Of a stretch of 64,000 nt of DNA, positions 18,232 to 26,395 are shown in pieces. Positions within the stretch are counted from its first letter, which is position 1; each line of letters begins with the position of its first letter. The position numbers and the translations under genes were made by a program. Origin of the DNA: a virus. Below the pieces are notes generated by a model. It had not been told where the DNA came from. It was given only the letters and a program-made list of their open reading frames with translations, and searched no databases. The stretch is from IMG/VR virus record IMGVR_UViG_3300020183_000008, positions 32,001 through 96,000 of that record. One strand, given 5' to 3'.

Positions 18232-19383
18232 GTGATGAGAAAACCTTCAATTCCCACAATAAAAGATGGGTCGAACAACTATTCGGATTTTCTCGAAGCA
18301 AAATATCAGAGTCCAGTTGATGAAAACTATATCAAAAATCTTTTGAAAAAAAAGATCCCTGATGAAGCTGAAATTGAAGTCAGTCTTTTTCAGATCTGTG
18401 GTTTGAAGTGCGCTTTTTGTTGGCAAGACCACGATGATGCAACGGGTTTAAACTCTATTGTTGATAAATTTGATCCCATCTCCGCATTCGTTCAAAAAAA
18501 CCCATCGAAAAAATTCAATGTCCCTTTGATGGGCGGTGAATTGTTCGAAGATTCCAGAACATCTCAGCATTATGAAGACTACTTTACGCTCATAACAAGG
18601 GTAGATGATTTTGCTAGATCTATTGGCAAAAGAATGAAATGGATTCTGGTATCCAACTTATCTTTCAAAAACGCACAACCGGTTTTAGATTTCACAAATC
18701 GCTTAACAGAAGCAAAAAGTGATTGGTGCCTCAGTAGTTCTTTAGACTTCCACGGTAGACCCGTCGCACATTCGATCGAGACTCTCTGGCATAAAAACAT
18801 CATGCTATTCGAAAATAAAATAGCAACAATCAACATGGTTCTAACAGGACCAACCATCCGACGCTTTTTAAATCATGAAACTGATAGATCCTATTTTGAT
18901 CATCTTTATAATTCAGGTTTTCCTCTATCTTTCGACTACTACACACCGGAATCAAATGCAGCGTTGTTGATCCCATCAGATGAAGAATTACTAAATTTCT
19001 TCATCGAAATAGCGGAAAAATACCCGAAAATGGAACCGATGAGTGACTGGTTGAATAATGAACATAACACCATGAGTTGCCTGAGTCTTAACAAACTCAC
19101 TATTTTACCTAACAATCGCATGGTTACTTGTCGACAGTTGGCTTACAAGCCTGAAGATTTCCAAAATAAAATCCACTACGAAAGTAACGCCAACATAATC
19201 GAATCTTTCATCACAAAAAAAGAATGCTTATCCTGCCCTTACTTCAGTAGATGCGGGTTTTCTTGTTTTGTTTTAGATGACCATGTATATTTTTCCAGAA
19301 AACAAAAACTCAAAGAGTGCCTTTACAAAATGATGTTCAGACATATAGAGGCGAAAAATGGATTTAATAATCAAACCAACTGA
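18232..19383 (+). CDS. Radical SAM/SPASM protein 2
   Basis: CGLKCAFC, MGGEL, and SPASM SC...VTC...CLSCPYFSRCGFSC...EC. Confidence 0.92.
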   Translation: MMRKPSIPTIKDGSNNYSDFLEAKYQSPVDENYIKNLLKKKIPDEAEIEVSLFQICGLKCAFCWQDHDDATGLNSIVDKFDPISAFVQKNPSKKFNVPLMGGELFEDSRTSQHYEDYFTLITRVDDFARSIGKRMKWILVSNLSFKNAQPVLDFTNRLTEAKSDWCLSSSLDFHGRPVAHSIETLWHKNIMLFENKIATINMVLTGPTIRRFLNHETDRSYFDHLYNSGFPLSFDYYTPESNAALLIPSDEELLNFFIEIAEKYPKMEPMSDWLNNEHNTMSCLSLNKLTILPNNRMVTCRQLAYKPEDFQNKIHYESNANIIESFITKKECLSCPYFSRCGFSCFVLDDHVYFSRKQKLKECLYKMMFRHIEAKNGFNNQTN

Positions 19384-20413
19384 GGTTTGCAATTTCGCTT
19401 GCACTTTTTGCAGCTCGACAAAAATAGCAGATCGTAAAAATCAAGTTTTAGACTTAAATCTCATTTTTGATTTTCTCAAGAGATTCCCTCAAACCAACAC
19501 AATCATCGTGAACGGAGGGGATCCCTTAGTTATAAATCCAAGTTATTATTGGAAAATAATCGAATACCTTGACCAAAACGACCTTCCTGCAATTATTAGT
19601 TTTACGACAAACCTTTGGGATTTTTACAAAAAACCTGAAAAATGGCTAGATTTGTTTAGAAACTACAGACGGCTACAAGTCGCCACATCATTCAATTACG
19701 GTGATACCCGAAGAATTTCAAAAAACAGGGTTTTCACAGAAGATGATTTTTGGAAAATTAGTGACTTGATGAAAGAACTCGTTGGGTATCGACCTGGTTT
19801 CATTTCAGTCATCACTGAAGAAAACGAGGATACAGCGATTGATAATGTTCGACTCGCCAAAAAAATGGGTGTTGAGTGTAAACTAAATTACGCTATGGCT
19901 TCAGGTGCCCAAAACAAGCCTTTTTTACTTTCCAAAATTTATAAAATTTACCTTCAAATTTACAGGCAAGGTTTAGCACCTTGGGAATTCAATACCAAAC
20001 AAATGACTGCACGTTTGAAAGATGTCCCAACTGTATGCCCACTAAATAGAAATTGCGATTCAGGGATTCGATGCCTTCAACCGAACGGAGCGTACCATTC
20101 TTGCGGAGCGTTCGGAGATGACAATTTCGAAGACAACAAAAAATACGAGATCGATTTCAAGAAAGAAGTTTATGAAAAGCAATTTTTCTTACCGTTGAAA
20201 CAGGACTATACGATTCAAAGAATGAAAGACGAATGCCTCACTTGCCCCATGTTTAAGATATGTAACGGTTGCCATAAGACAATCAAGGACTACAAAAATC
20301 TAAATCTCGTGGAAGAGCATTGCTCTTTGATGAAAGAAATAGCACCTGAGATTATAGAAACTAAACTTTTTGCACCAGATATTGTTAAACAAATAGCTGA
20401 ATTACCATTATGA
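19358..20413 (+). CDS. Radical SAM/SPASM protein 3
   Basis: CNFACTFC, NGGDP, and CPLNRNC...HSC...CLTCPMFKICNGC...HC. Confidence 0.93.
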   Translation: MDLIIKPTEVCNFACTFCSSTKIADRKNQVLDLNLIFDFLKRFPQTNTIIVNGGDPLVINPSYYWKIIEYLDQNDLPAIISFTTNLWDFYKKPEKWLDLFRNYRRLQVATSFNYGDTRRISKNRVFTEDDFWKISDLMKELVGYRPGFISVITEENEDTAIDNVRLAKKMGVECKLNYAMASGAQNKPFLLSKIYKIYLQIYRQGLAPWEFNTKQMTARLKDVPTVCPLNRNCDSGIRCLQPNGAYHSCGAFGDDNFEDNKKYEIDFKKEVYEKQFFLPLKQDYTIQRMKDECLTCPMFKICNGCHKTIKDYKNLNLVEEHCSLMKEIAPEIIETKLFAPDIVKQIAELPL

Positions 20414-21333
20414 ACATATCATTAAACCCTAGCTACCTTTGTAATTTGCGATGTGAATTCTGCTATCTAGGTGAAAAATTAGGTGACCCTAAGCGCATCG
20501 ACCTTCAGGTGTTGGATCAGAGACTCGCGGCTGTTAACGAAATTTCAAAAATCGAACAAATTGACCTGTACGGTGGTGAAATTCTTATACTACCCGATGA
20601 TTACTTGAGACAGCTTATGAATGTGATAAAAAATCACTATCAAGGGTCAATAAATTTAATAACAAATCTTACAAAAATGAAAAGATGGTTTATCGAGAGA
20701 GATGATATTGAATTATCAGTTTCTTTTGATTTCGAAGCTAGATCCGCTTTTCAAAATACTTTAAATAATTTGATGACACTCAAAAAGCCTGTGTCGATAT
20801 TGATGCTCGCATCACCTAAATTGATGAGTTTAGATTTTGAAGAAATGCTAAATATTCTAAATCGAATACCTTGCATCCAATCCGTAGAGATAAAGCCTTA
20901 CTCATCGAATCAATACAACCAACTCGAAACAAAATTCTCTGAATACGAAAGTTTTGTAAAGAAATTTGTTGTTGCTTTCGAAACAGAGAAACTCAAGCCT
21001 TTCTTAACGAACGTGCAGTATATCCAAGATTCCATCAGCCTTGAAAGAAATGCTTTTTCCGACAATCATATCTACATAACACCATCTGGAAAATTCGGTG
21101 TATTAGAATTCGATGATAAAGACCATGAATTTTTCTTAGAATTAGATTCTCTCGATGACTATTACGCTTGGGCAACAAAAGAAAAAATGAAAATCAAAAA
21201 CAATTATTTTTGTTCTGAATGCAAATGGCAAGGGCATTGCCTTACAGAGCACTACAGAGAAGTCAAAGATATTACCCATTCATGCAATGGATTCAAACAC
21301 CTGTTGGAGTGGTATGAAAATGCGGGAACATAA
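20410..21333 (+). CDS. Radical SAM protein 4 with a reduced SPASM-like C-terminus
   Basis: CNLRCEFC, YGGEI and C-terminal CSECKWQGHCLTEH...SCNG. Confidence 0.9.
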   Translation: MNISLNPSYLCNLRCEFCYLGEKLGDPKRIDLQVLDQRLAAVNEISKIEQIDLYGGEILILPDDYLRQLMNVIKNHYQGSINLITNLTKMKRWFIERDDIELSVSFDFEARSAFQNTLNNLMTLKKPVSILMLASPKLMSLDFEEMLNILNRIPCIQSVEIKPYSSNQYNQLETKFSEYESFVKKFVVAFETEKLKPFLTNVQYIQDSISLERNAFSDNHIYITPSGKFGVLEFDDKDHEFFLELDSLDDYYAWATKEKMKIKNNYFCSECKWQGHCLTEHYREVKDITHSCNGFKHLLEWYENAGT

Positions 21334-21853
21334 AATTAGACAAGCGTTGTATCACAAAATAGCAAATCTCGATGACATACTCGATGATGTAGAAAAGCTA
21401 GAGCCTGTCGTATATCGAGAGAATGAGTCCGACAGAGATACAGCCCTCACCATCATCAGATATTTCCGTGAGGAAATCAGAGAACTTATCTACCCAGCTA
21501 AACCGTTCGTAGTGGCTCTCGTTTACGCGTGTCTTTTAGAAAGACACTTTTGTGAGCCTTTTTATGAATCGATATCCGACCCTGATTTGCTACATGGAAA
21601 TGATAAATGGTTCAAACCGTATTGTGATGAAACCAAAGACATTTACGACCATGCAATTTTTCATCTAGGGGCTGAATTGGATTTCATCGTTAGTGATGAA
21701 TTACAATACATACCTTCACAAATCAGGTCGACTATTGAATATTTCAAAAAAGAATTTTTAATTGAAACTAACTACTTACCTGTGCTGCCGAATCCACCTT
21801 CACCTCTGTCCGACTCATCTAATTCAGACACAACGGTGAAATCTAAATCATAG
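21314..21853 (+). CDS. Hypothetical accessory protein of the radical SAM locus
   Basis: Overlaps the rSAM4 end. GGAG at 21306 favours a start at 21314 or 21320 rather than 21287. Its 3' end overlaps dut on the opposite strand. Confidence 0.6.
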   Translation: MKMREHKIRQALYHKIANLDDILDDVEKLEPVVYRENESDRDTALTIIRYFREEIRELIYPAKPFVVALVYACLLERHFCEPFYESISDPDLLHGNDKWFKPYCDETKDIYDHAIFHLGAELDFIVSDELQYIPSQIRSTIEYFKKEFLIETNYLPVLPNPPSPLSDSSNSDTTVKSKS

Positions 21854-22203
21854 TCTTTGACAAGTTTGATCTGACCAATTCTTTCACCGATATAAAATGG
21901 TTGCGCATCTTCTCTCACACGGCGAAATCTGTATTCAATTTCACCCCGATATGAATGGTCGATTACACCCACTGAATTTGCAAGAATCCAGCCAGTTTTT
22001 GAAATAGATGAGCGAGGGAAAGCCAGAAAGCTATAACCCTCAGGTGGTTGAACAGCGATTCCTGTTTTGACTCTTAAAAATTCAGGAGTCTCTTCTACGA
22101 TATCTGCAAAAACATCCCACGCAGCATCATCGCTATGAGCACGTTTAGGAGGCAGAGAACTACCCCGAAGCAATTTTACTTTGACTTGAAATTTTGAAGA
22201 CAT
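21772..22203 (-). CDS. dut: Trimeric dUTPase
   Basis: AAWDV, TGIA, PRSS, NSVGVIDHSYRGEI, RIGQ and RGEGGFGSTG. Confidence 0.96.
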   Translation of the reverse strand: MSSKFQVKVKLLRGSSLPPKRAHSDDAAWDVFADIVEETPEFLRVKTGIAVQPPEGYSFLAFPRSSISKTGWILANSVGVIDHSYRGEIEYRFRRVREDAQPFYIGERIGQIKLVKDYDLDFTVVSELDESDRGEGGFGSTGK

Positions 22204-22221
22204 CTGTAACCCCCTCTGATG

Positions 22222-22230
22222 TGCTAGAAT
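22222..22230 (+). promoter_or_regulatory. Extended -10 promoter, leaderless-type
   Basis: TGcTAGAAT 5 nt upstream of ATG 22236, with no Shine-Dalgarno in between. Confidence 0.5.
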
Positions 22231-22235
22231 AACTT

Positions 22236-22841
22236 ATGCTAAACGATTTTTTCCGTAAAGGCTTTTACACAAATTGTTTAGAAAAAACACATTGTGATGA
22301 AATGCTACACATAGTCCAGTCCATAAATTTTATAGAAAGCCTAGATTACAGAGATGTTGGTTACAAACCACCTCTTATTGCTGAATGGGATGATATCGAT
22401 GATCCCATCGTGTCTGCTCATAACTGCCAAGAAAACTTGAAAAAGTATTGGTTAAAATTCAAAGAATACCTAAAACCTTTAGAAAATATAGCGGGTAGAT
22501 TCGACTCCGGTTCTGTAATTGTCAATAACTTCCCAAAAGGTCACGGTATGAATTGGCATTCAGACACGGTTGACACAGCGTTTGTGCAAATGCTCATATA
22601 TTTGTCAAAAGATTATTTTGACAAAGATGATGGGGGTTATTTGCAAATAGGTGATAGTTTTATCCTACCTAATCATGCTACGATGGTCATTATGAACAAT
22701 ATCTCACCTACAATGTTACATAGGGTAGAGCCGCTCATCACAGAAAAAGAGCGATTGACCGTTGTCTTTCGATACGGGTACATGAACAACACCCTTACAA
22801 AAAAAAGGCTTCTCACCATGAAAGGTGAAATCCGTGATTGA
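22236..22841 (+). CDS. 2OG-Fe(II) oxygenase (prolyl-hydroxylase-like fold)
   Basis: WHSD (HxD), DGGYL, LHRV distal His and RLT 2OG-binding Arg. Confidence 0.85.
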   Translation: MLNDFFRKGFYTNCLEKTHCDEMLHIVQSINFIESLDYRDVGYKPPLIAEWDDIDDPIVSAHNCQENLKKYWLKFKEYLKPLENIAGRFDSGSVIVNNFPKGHGMNWHSDTVDTAFVQMLIYLSKDYFDKDDGGYLQIGDSFILPNHATMVIMNNISPTMLHRVEPLITEKERLTVVFRYGYMNNTLTKKRLLTMKGEIRD

Positions 22842-23439
22842 ATTGGATCTCACAAGTTACTTTCACAAAGGCTACACCGTTACCGATTTAGGATCGGATG
22901 TCGATGGAATCCTAGCTGATATGAGAAATCAAAATTGGGTTGAAAAAGATGACCTTTTGAAACCGGATTGGGACAATCATTCACATCTCAATAAAGCTAC
23001 TGATTATCTTTATGATGCTGTCAGAGATTTCTCTCAGTCCGGCTATTATTCGTGGTTCACGAAAATTTACGGTGGATTTACGCAGCGAACCATCATGGCG
23101 AGAAAATGGACAGGTCAAAGCACGAACTGGTTCAACGAATCTCGTCTAGGGGCATTCAACGCAAATATTCTCTTTCTCGGTAAAGGTGACCCGACCGTAA
23201 GCCTTCAAATCGGACAAGCCGATTGTGATGAAAATGGTCGAATCGAAGGTGTGATTGAGAATGTTTCAACAATTCACCCTAAACACGGAACACTGGTTAC
23301 CTTGTACAACATAAACCCTTGCGTTGTTCGAAGATTTTTGAACGAAGAAAACACAGGGGAATGGTATACTCTGCATTTCTATCTTGGATTTATTGAAAAC
23401 ACTCTGTTGAGAGAGGTTTCAGGTGTTCCACTTATTTAA
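22825..23439 (+). CDS. Degenerate 2OG-Fe(II) oxygenase paralogue
   Basis: Aligns by eye with 48888..49547 (FHKGYT, PDWD, YGGFTQRT, HGTLV..N..P), but HxD is replaced by FNE and the distal His and Arg are lost. Confidence 0.65.
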   Translation: MKSVIELDLTSYFHKGYTVTDLGSDVDGILADMRNQNWVEKDDLLKPDWDNHSHLNKATDYLYDAVRDFSQSGYYSWFTKIYGGFTQRTIMARKWTGQSTNWFNESRLGAFNANILFLGKGDPTVSLQIGQADCDENGRIEGVIENVSTIHPKHGTLVTLYNINPCVVRRFLNEENTGEWYTLHFYLGFIENTLLREVSGVPLI

Positions 23440-24364
23440 AAATACCTATCTCGACATTCAGGGTACATCCAATCCGACCGGTTTTAAGGCACTCTCAACT
23501 GATAATTTCACGATCAAAGATGTAGCTGCTTTAAAAAGTAACGAAAAAATAATTTATTCTGTACCGAAATTTACTTTCACAAAAATTGTGATCGAATACA
23601 TTAAAGAATTGTTCCCTAGTGCATACCCACCGTTGATCATGGAAATTTACGGGATTGTTATGGCGAGAATGACCTATCAGCTCGCCTACCTCACGGATAA
23701 TCAAACAAGAAACACTTATATTGATTGTAATCTTCCATCGGATTCAATAAAAGTTCTGTTGGAAATAACAAAATATAAAGGTTTATTTGAAGGTGATTTC
23801 AAAAGACATGTTGGTATAGAATGGTTACTTTGTGATTATTTCAATGATGGGATTTATTCAGATGAATTTCAAAAAAGATTTCGAGAACTTTTGGTAAAAA
23901 ATATTGTTTACTCGGTTCAAGAGATAAAACATGAAATGTTGTATAAAGTTTTTAATCTTCCGAAAATGTACTTGAACTATAACAACGTAGAAGAATTGTT
24001 TTCAAAAGATATCGGAGTCCAATTCTTATTCGACCCTAGCCTAAACAACGCGACTCACCTTATGACTCGATATAAGATCGAAGACATAGCGGATTTGTTT
24101 CATACATTTACCAAAATGTATAACAAGGGGTACGACAAAGCCAAATACCAAGAAATGACTCTTTTAAGTCTTTTCCTACTCAAAGCGATCTCTTGTTTAA
24201 AATCAGGGAATTGCGATGCGATGATGAAAGAAGAAATACAAAGAGATTTCTCTATTATTTTTGGACATCATCGATTCATGAGAAAAATCAATTGTCTTTT
24301 GATAGATTGGATTTACCAACAAAAAAGGCAAAAAAATAAAGAACTTGAAGTATTAATTCTTTAA
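23423..24364 (+). CDS. Hypothetical protein, last gene of the radical SAM/oxygenase locus
   Basis: 313 aa, GTG start with GAGG RBS, overlapping the upstream gene. Confidence 0.65.
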   Translation: MFHLFKNTYLDIQGTSNPTGFKALSTDNFTIKDVAALKSNEKIIYSVPKFTFTKIVIEYIKELFPSAYPPLIMEIYGIVMARMTYQLAYLTDNQTRNTYIDCNLPSDSIKVLLEITKYKGLFEGDFKRHVGIEWLLCDYFNDGIYSDEFQKRFRELLVKNIVYSVQEIKHEMLYKVFNLPKMYLNYNNVEELFSKDIGVQFLFDPSLNNATHLMTRYKIEDIADLFHTFTKMYNKGYDKAKYQEMTLLSLFLLKAISCLKSGNCDAMMKEEIQRDFSIIFGHHRFMRKINCLLIDWIYQQKRQKNKELEVLIL

Positions 24365-24979
24365 CTTTAATAATTTCGCAGGCACACCCACATAAACACC
24401 TGCTTGTGATAAGTCGGAAACGACTGCGCTTTGTGCACCTGTCGATACATCATCCGCGATCACGATTTCCTCGCGGATCGCCGTCCCTGTACCTAAAGTC
24501 ACATTCTTGCCAACAATTACATTACCTGAAACATGAGTGCCAGGATTAACGGTAACAAAATCACGCAAAACAGAATCATGCCCTACAGTGCAACTGATGT
24601 TTAAAACAACGTAGTCACCTATCGAGACATTTGTCGTTACGATGCAATTTGGAGCAATTATACCACCCACACCCAAAATAGCATCCTGAACTAAAGATTT
24701 GGGGTGGACATAGGTAGGTGCCGGTTTCAAACCAACTGAAAGAGCCTTTTCCACCATAACTCTTTTAGCGTTAGGACTTCCTATTCCGATGATAAATAAA
24801 TGCACACCGTATTCAGTAAAATCCCAATTTTTAACCACAGGATAAACTCTATTATTGAGTTTTAGTTCAGAGGTATCTGTAACATCATCTACAAAAATAA
24901 AGTCGGTGTATTGACCTTGTAAATGCCAATACACCTCTCGCGCTAAACCACCTGCACCTAGTATTACAATCTTGCTCAT
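24353..24979 (-). CDS. NeuD/PglD-type sugar acetyltransferase (hexapeptide repeat)
   Basis: IVILGAGGLARE, IGIGSP, HP, VGHD and left-handed beta-helix repeats, ending VGVPAK. Confidence 0.9.
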   Translation of the reverse strand: MSKIVILGAGGLAREVYWHLQGQYTDFIFVDDVTDTSELKLNNRVYPVVKNWDFTEYGVHLFIIGIGSPNAKRVMVEKALSVGLKPAPTYVHPKSLVQDAILGVGGIIAPNCIVTTNVSIGDYVVLNISCTVGHDSVLRDFVTVNPGTHVSGNVIVGKNVTLGTGTAIREEIVIADDVSTGAQSAVVSDLSQAGVYVGVPAKLLKLKN

Positions 24980-25014
24980 GAGACTAAGCTACCACGAGAA
25001 TAAACCACTGTCTA

Positions 25015-26370
25015 TCAGGCGTACCTTGCGGTGTTCGCAAGTTGAGCAACATCTGAAAAGAGGGCATAACGAGCGAAATTCAAACTATAAAGAGAAAAAT
25101 TGTCAAACCAGACCGTACCGGGATTCACATCCACAGCAATAACAGCGCGAACGAATCTAGCGTTTGCGGGGAATTGGTTGACGCTTCCCCCTTCATTACG
25201 GCAAAGATTTTGCGAATAACCATCAGCAAAAGTTGTCGCCGTAAAAGTAGTGCTGTTTAGCAACCAATATTCCTGATTCGCCGCAGGAGTGATATAATTC
25301 AAATCCTTATCATAAAAACGGCACCCTACACGAATGGTGCCTGTGCCACCGTTCACGCGAGTTTGAACTACACCACCAATCCCTTGAGTGGGGGATGCTG
25401 GGAAATGAGACCTAGCGTGAACATTCGAAAGAGAACCATCGCTAACATTTAAGGTATCTACTGTCGCTTCCCAAATGCCTGTGCCAGTAATCGAATACGT
25501 TCCAAAACCCATTGCAGAAGTAGATGAACTATCAAATGAAAGAGTTCCTGAACCTGAAACTCTTCTCCAAAAATTCACGCACGCTTGCTTGTTCGCCCAA
25601 TTTATTGGAGTGAGCGTAAAAGGGGTATTTGTTACGACTTGAGTGAAATTTAAATAAATAGTTGTTGTAGAAATCGCATGACCTACTGTGACAACATAAC
25701 CGTTCAAAGGACGCACGTTTGTAATCGCACCGGCTGTCGTGCTTAAAAAATAATTTTGACCTGCGTTCAAACCAGTCGTAGGAGCAAGACCTGAGAAATA
25801 AACATCCCCTGTGCTACCTGAAACATTCTGAATCATACCGAGAGCGAATTGGTTTACACTCGTAGCACCTACAGGAACGTATGCACCTGCTCCAGACAAA
25901 GCAGTGGGATCCCATCTTACGATTTGTCCATTGGAACAACCCGATTGAGATTGAGAACGACGAATATCAGGATTTGCTTCTTCAGTACGAAGATTTACAA
26001 GAAGGGTCGTCTCGTTCAAAGCAACACCAACGGTAATTACCAATCCATGCTCAGGTCTTGTTGATGTGATAGATCCAGCGGAAGACTGACTGAGATAATA
26101 AATAGTTCCCGCTACAAGTCCGGAATACCCCGTAATTCGACCATCTTGTACGATCAAATCACCCGTACCACCATTTACGTTGACAACAACACCTGCGGCT
26201 TGCGCGTTCGTGAAATTGTTAGCTTGCGCAGGTACATAGGCAGAACCATTAAATCGAACAACTTGCCCGCTAGTCACACCAGAAATGGGTACATCCAACA
26301 AGTACGCTGTATTTACGCGCTCGTCATCACCTCTAACCCAGTATATTGTACTTCTCGGAATCCGTGGCAT
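25015..26370 (-). CDS. Tail fibre / virion appendage protein
   Basis: Two approximately 95-aa repeats (GQVVRF...GLVAGTIYYLS...RP...VGVAL and GQIVRW...GLNAGQNYFLS...RP...VGHAI) plus a C-terminal beta-sandwich-like domain; next to baseplate genes. Confidence 0.7.
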   Translation of the reverse strand: MPRIPRSTIYWVRGDDERVNTAYLLDVPISGVTSGQVVRFNGSAYVPAQANNFTNAQAAGVVVNVNGGTGDLIVQDGRITGYSGLVAGTIYYLSQSSAGSITSTRPEHGLVITVGVALNETTLLVNLRTEEANPDIRRSQSQSGCSNGQIVRWDPTALSGAGAYVPVGATSVNQFALGMIQNVSGSTGDVYFSGLAPTTGLNAGQNYFLSTTAGAITNVRPLNGYVVTVGHAISTTTIYLNFTQVVTNTPFTLTPINWANKQACVNFWRRVSGSGTLSFDSSSTSAMGFGTYSITGTGIWEATVDTLNVSDGSLSNVHARSHFPASPTQGIGGVVQTRVNGGTGTIRVGCRFYDKDLNYITPAANQEYWLLNSTTFTATTFADGYSQNLCRNEGGSVNQFPANARFVRAVIAVDVNPGTVWFDNFSLYSLNFARYALFSDVAQLANTARYA

Positions 26371-26395
26371 AAAAACCTCAATTATTAGGCATTTA

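Noticed and set aside
15593-21333. rSAMs as 7-deazaguanine (QueE) or ribonucleotide reductase activase (NrdG) genes
   Set aside because: They carry SPASM-type C-termini, and no queC, queD, folE, dpdA or nrdD gene was recognised in the window.
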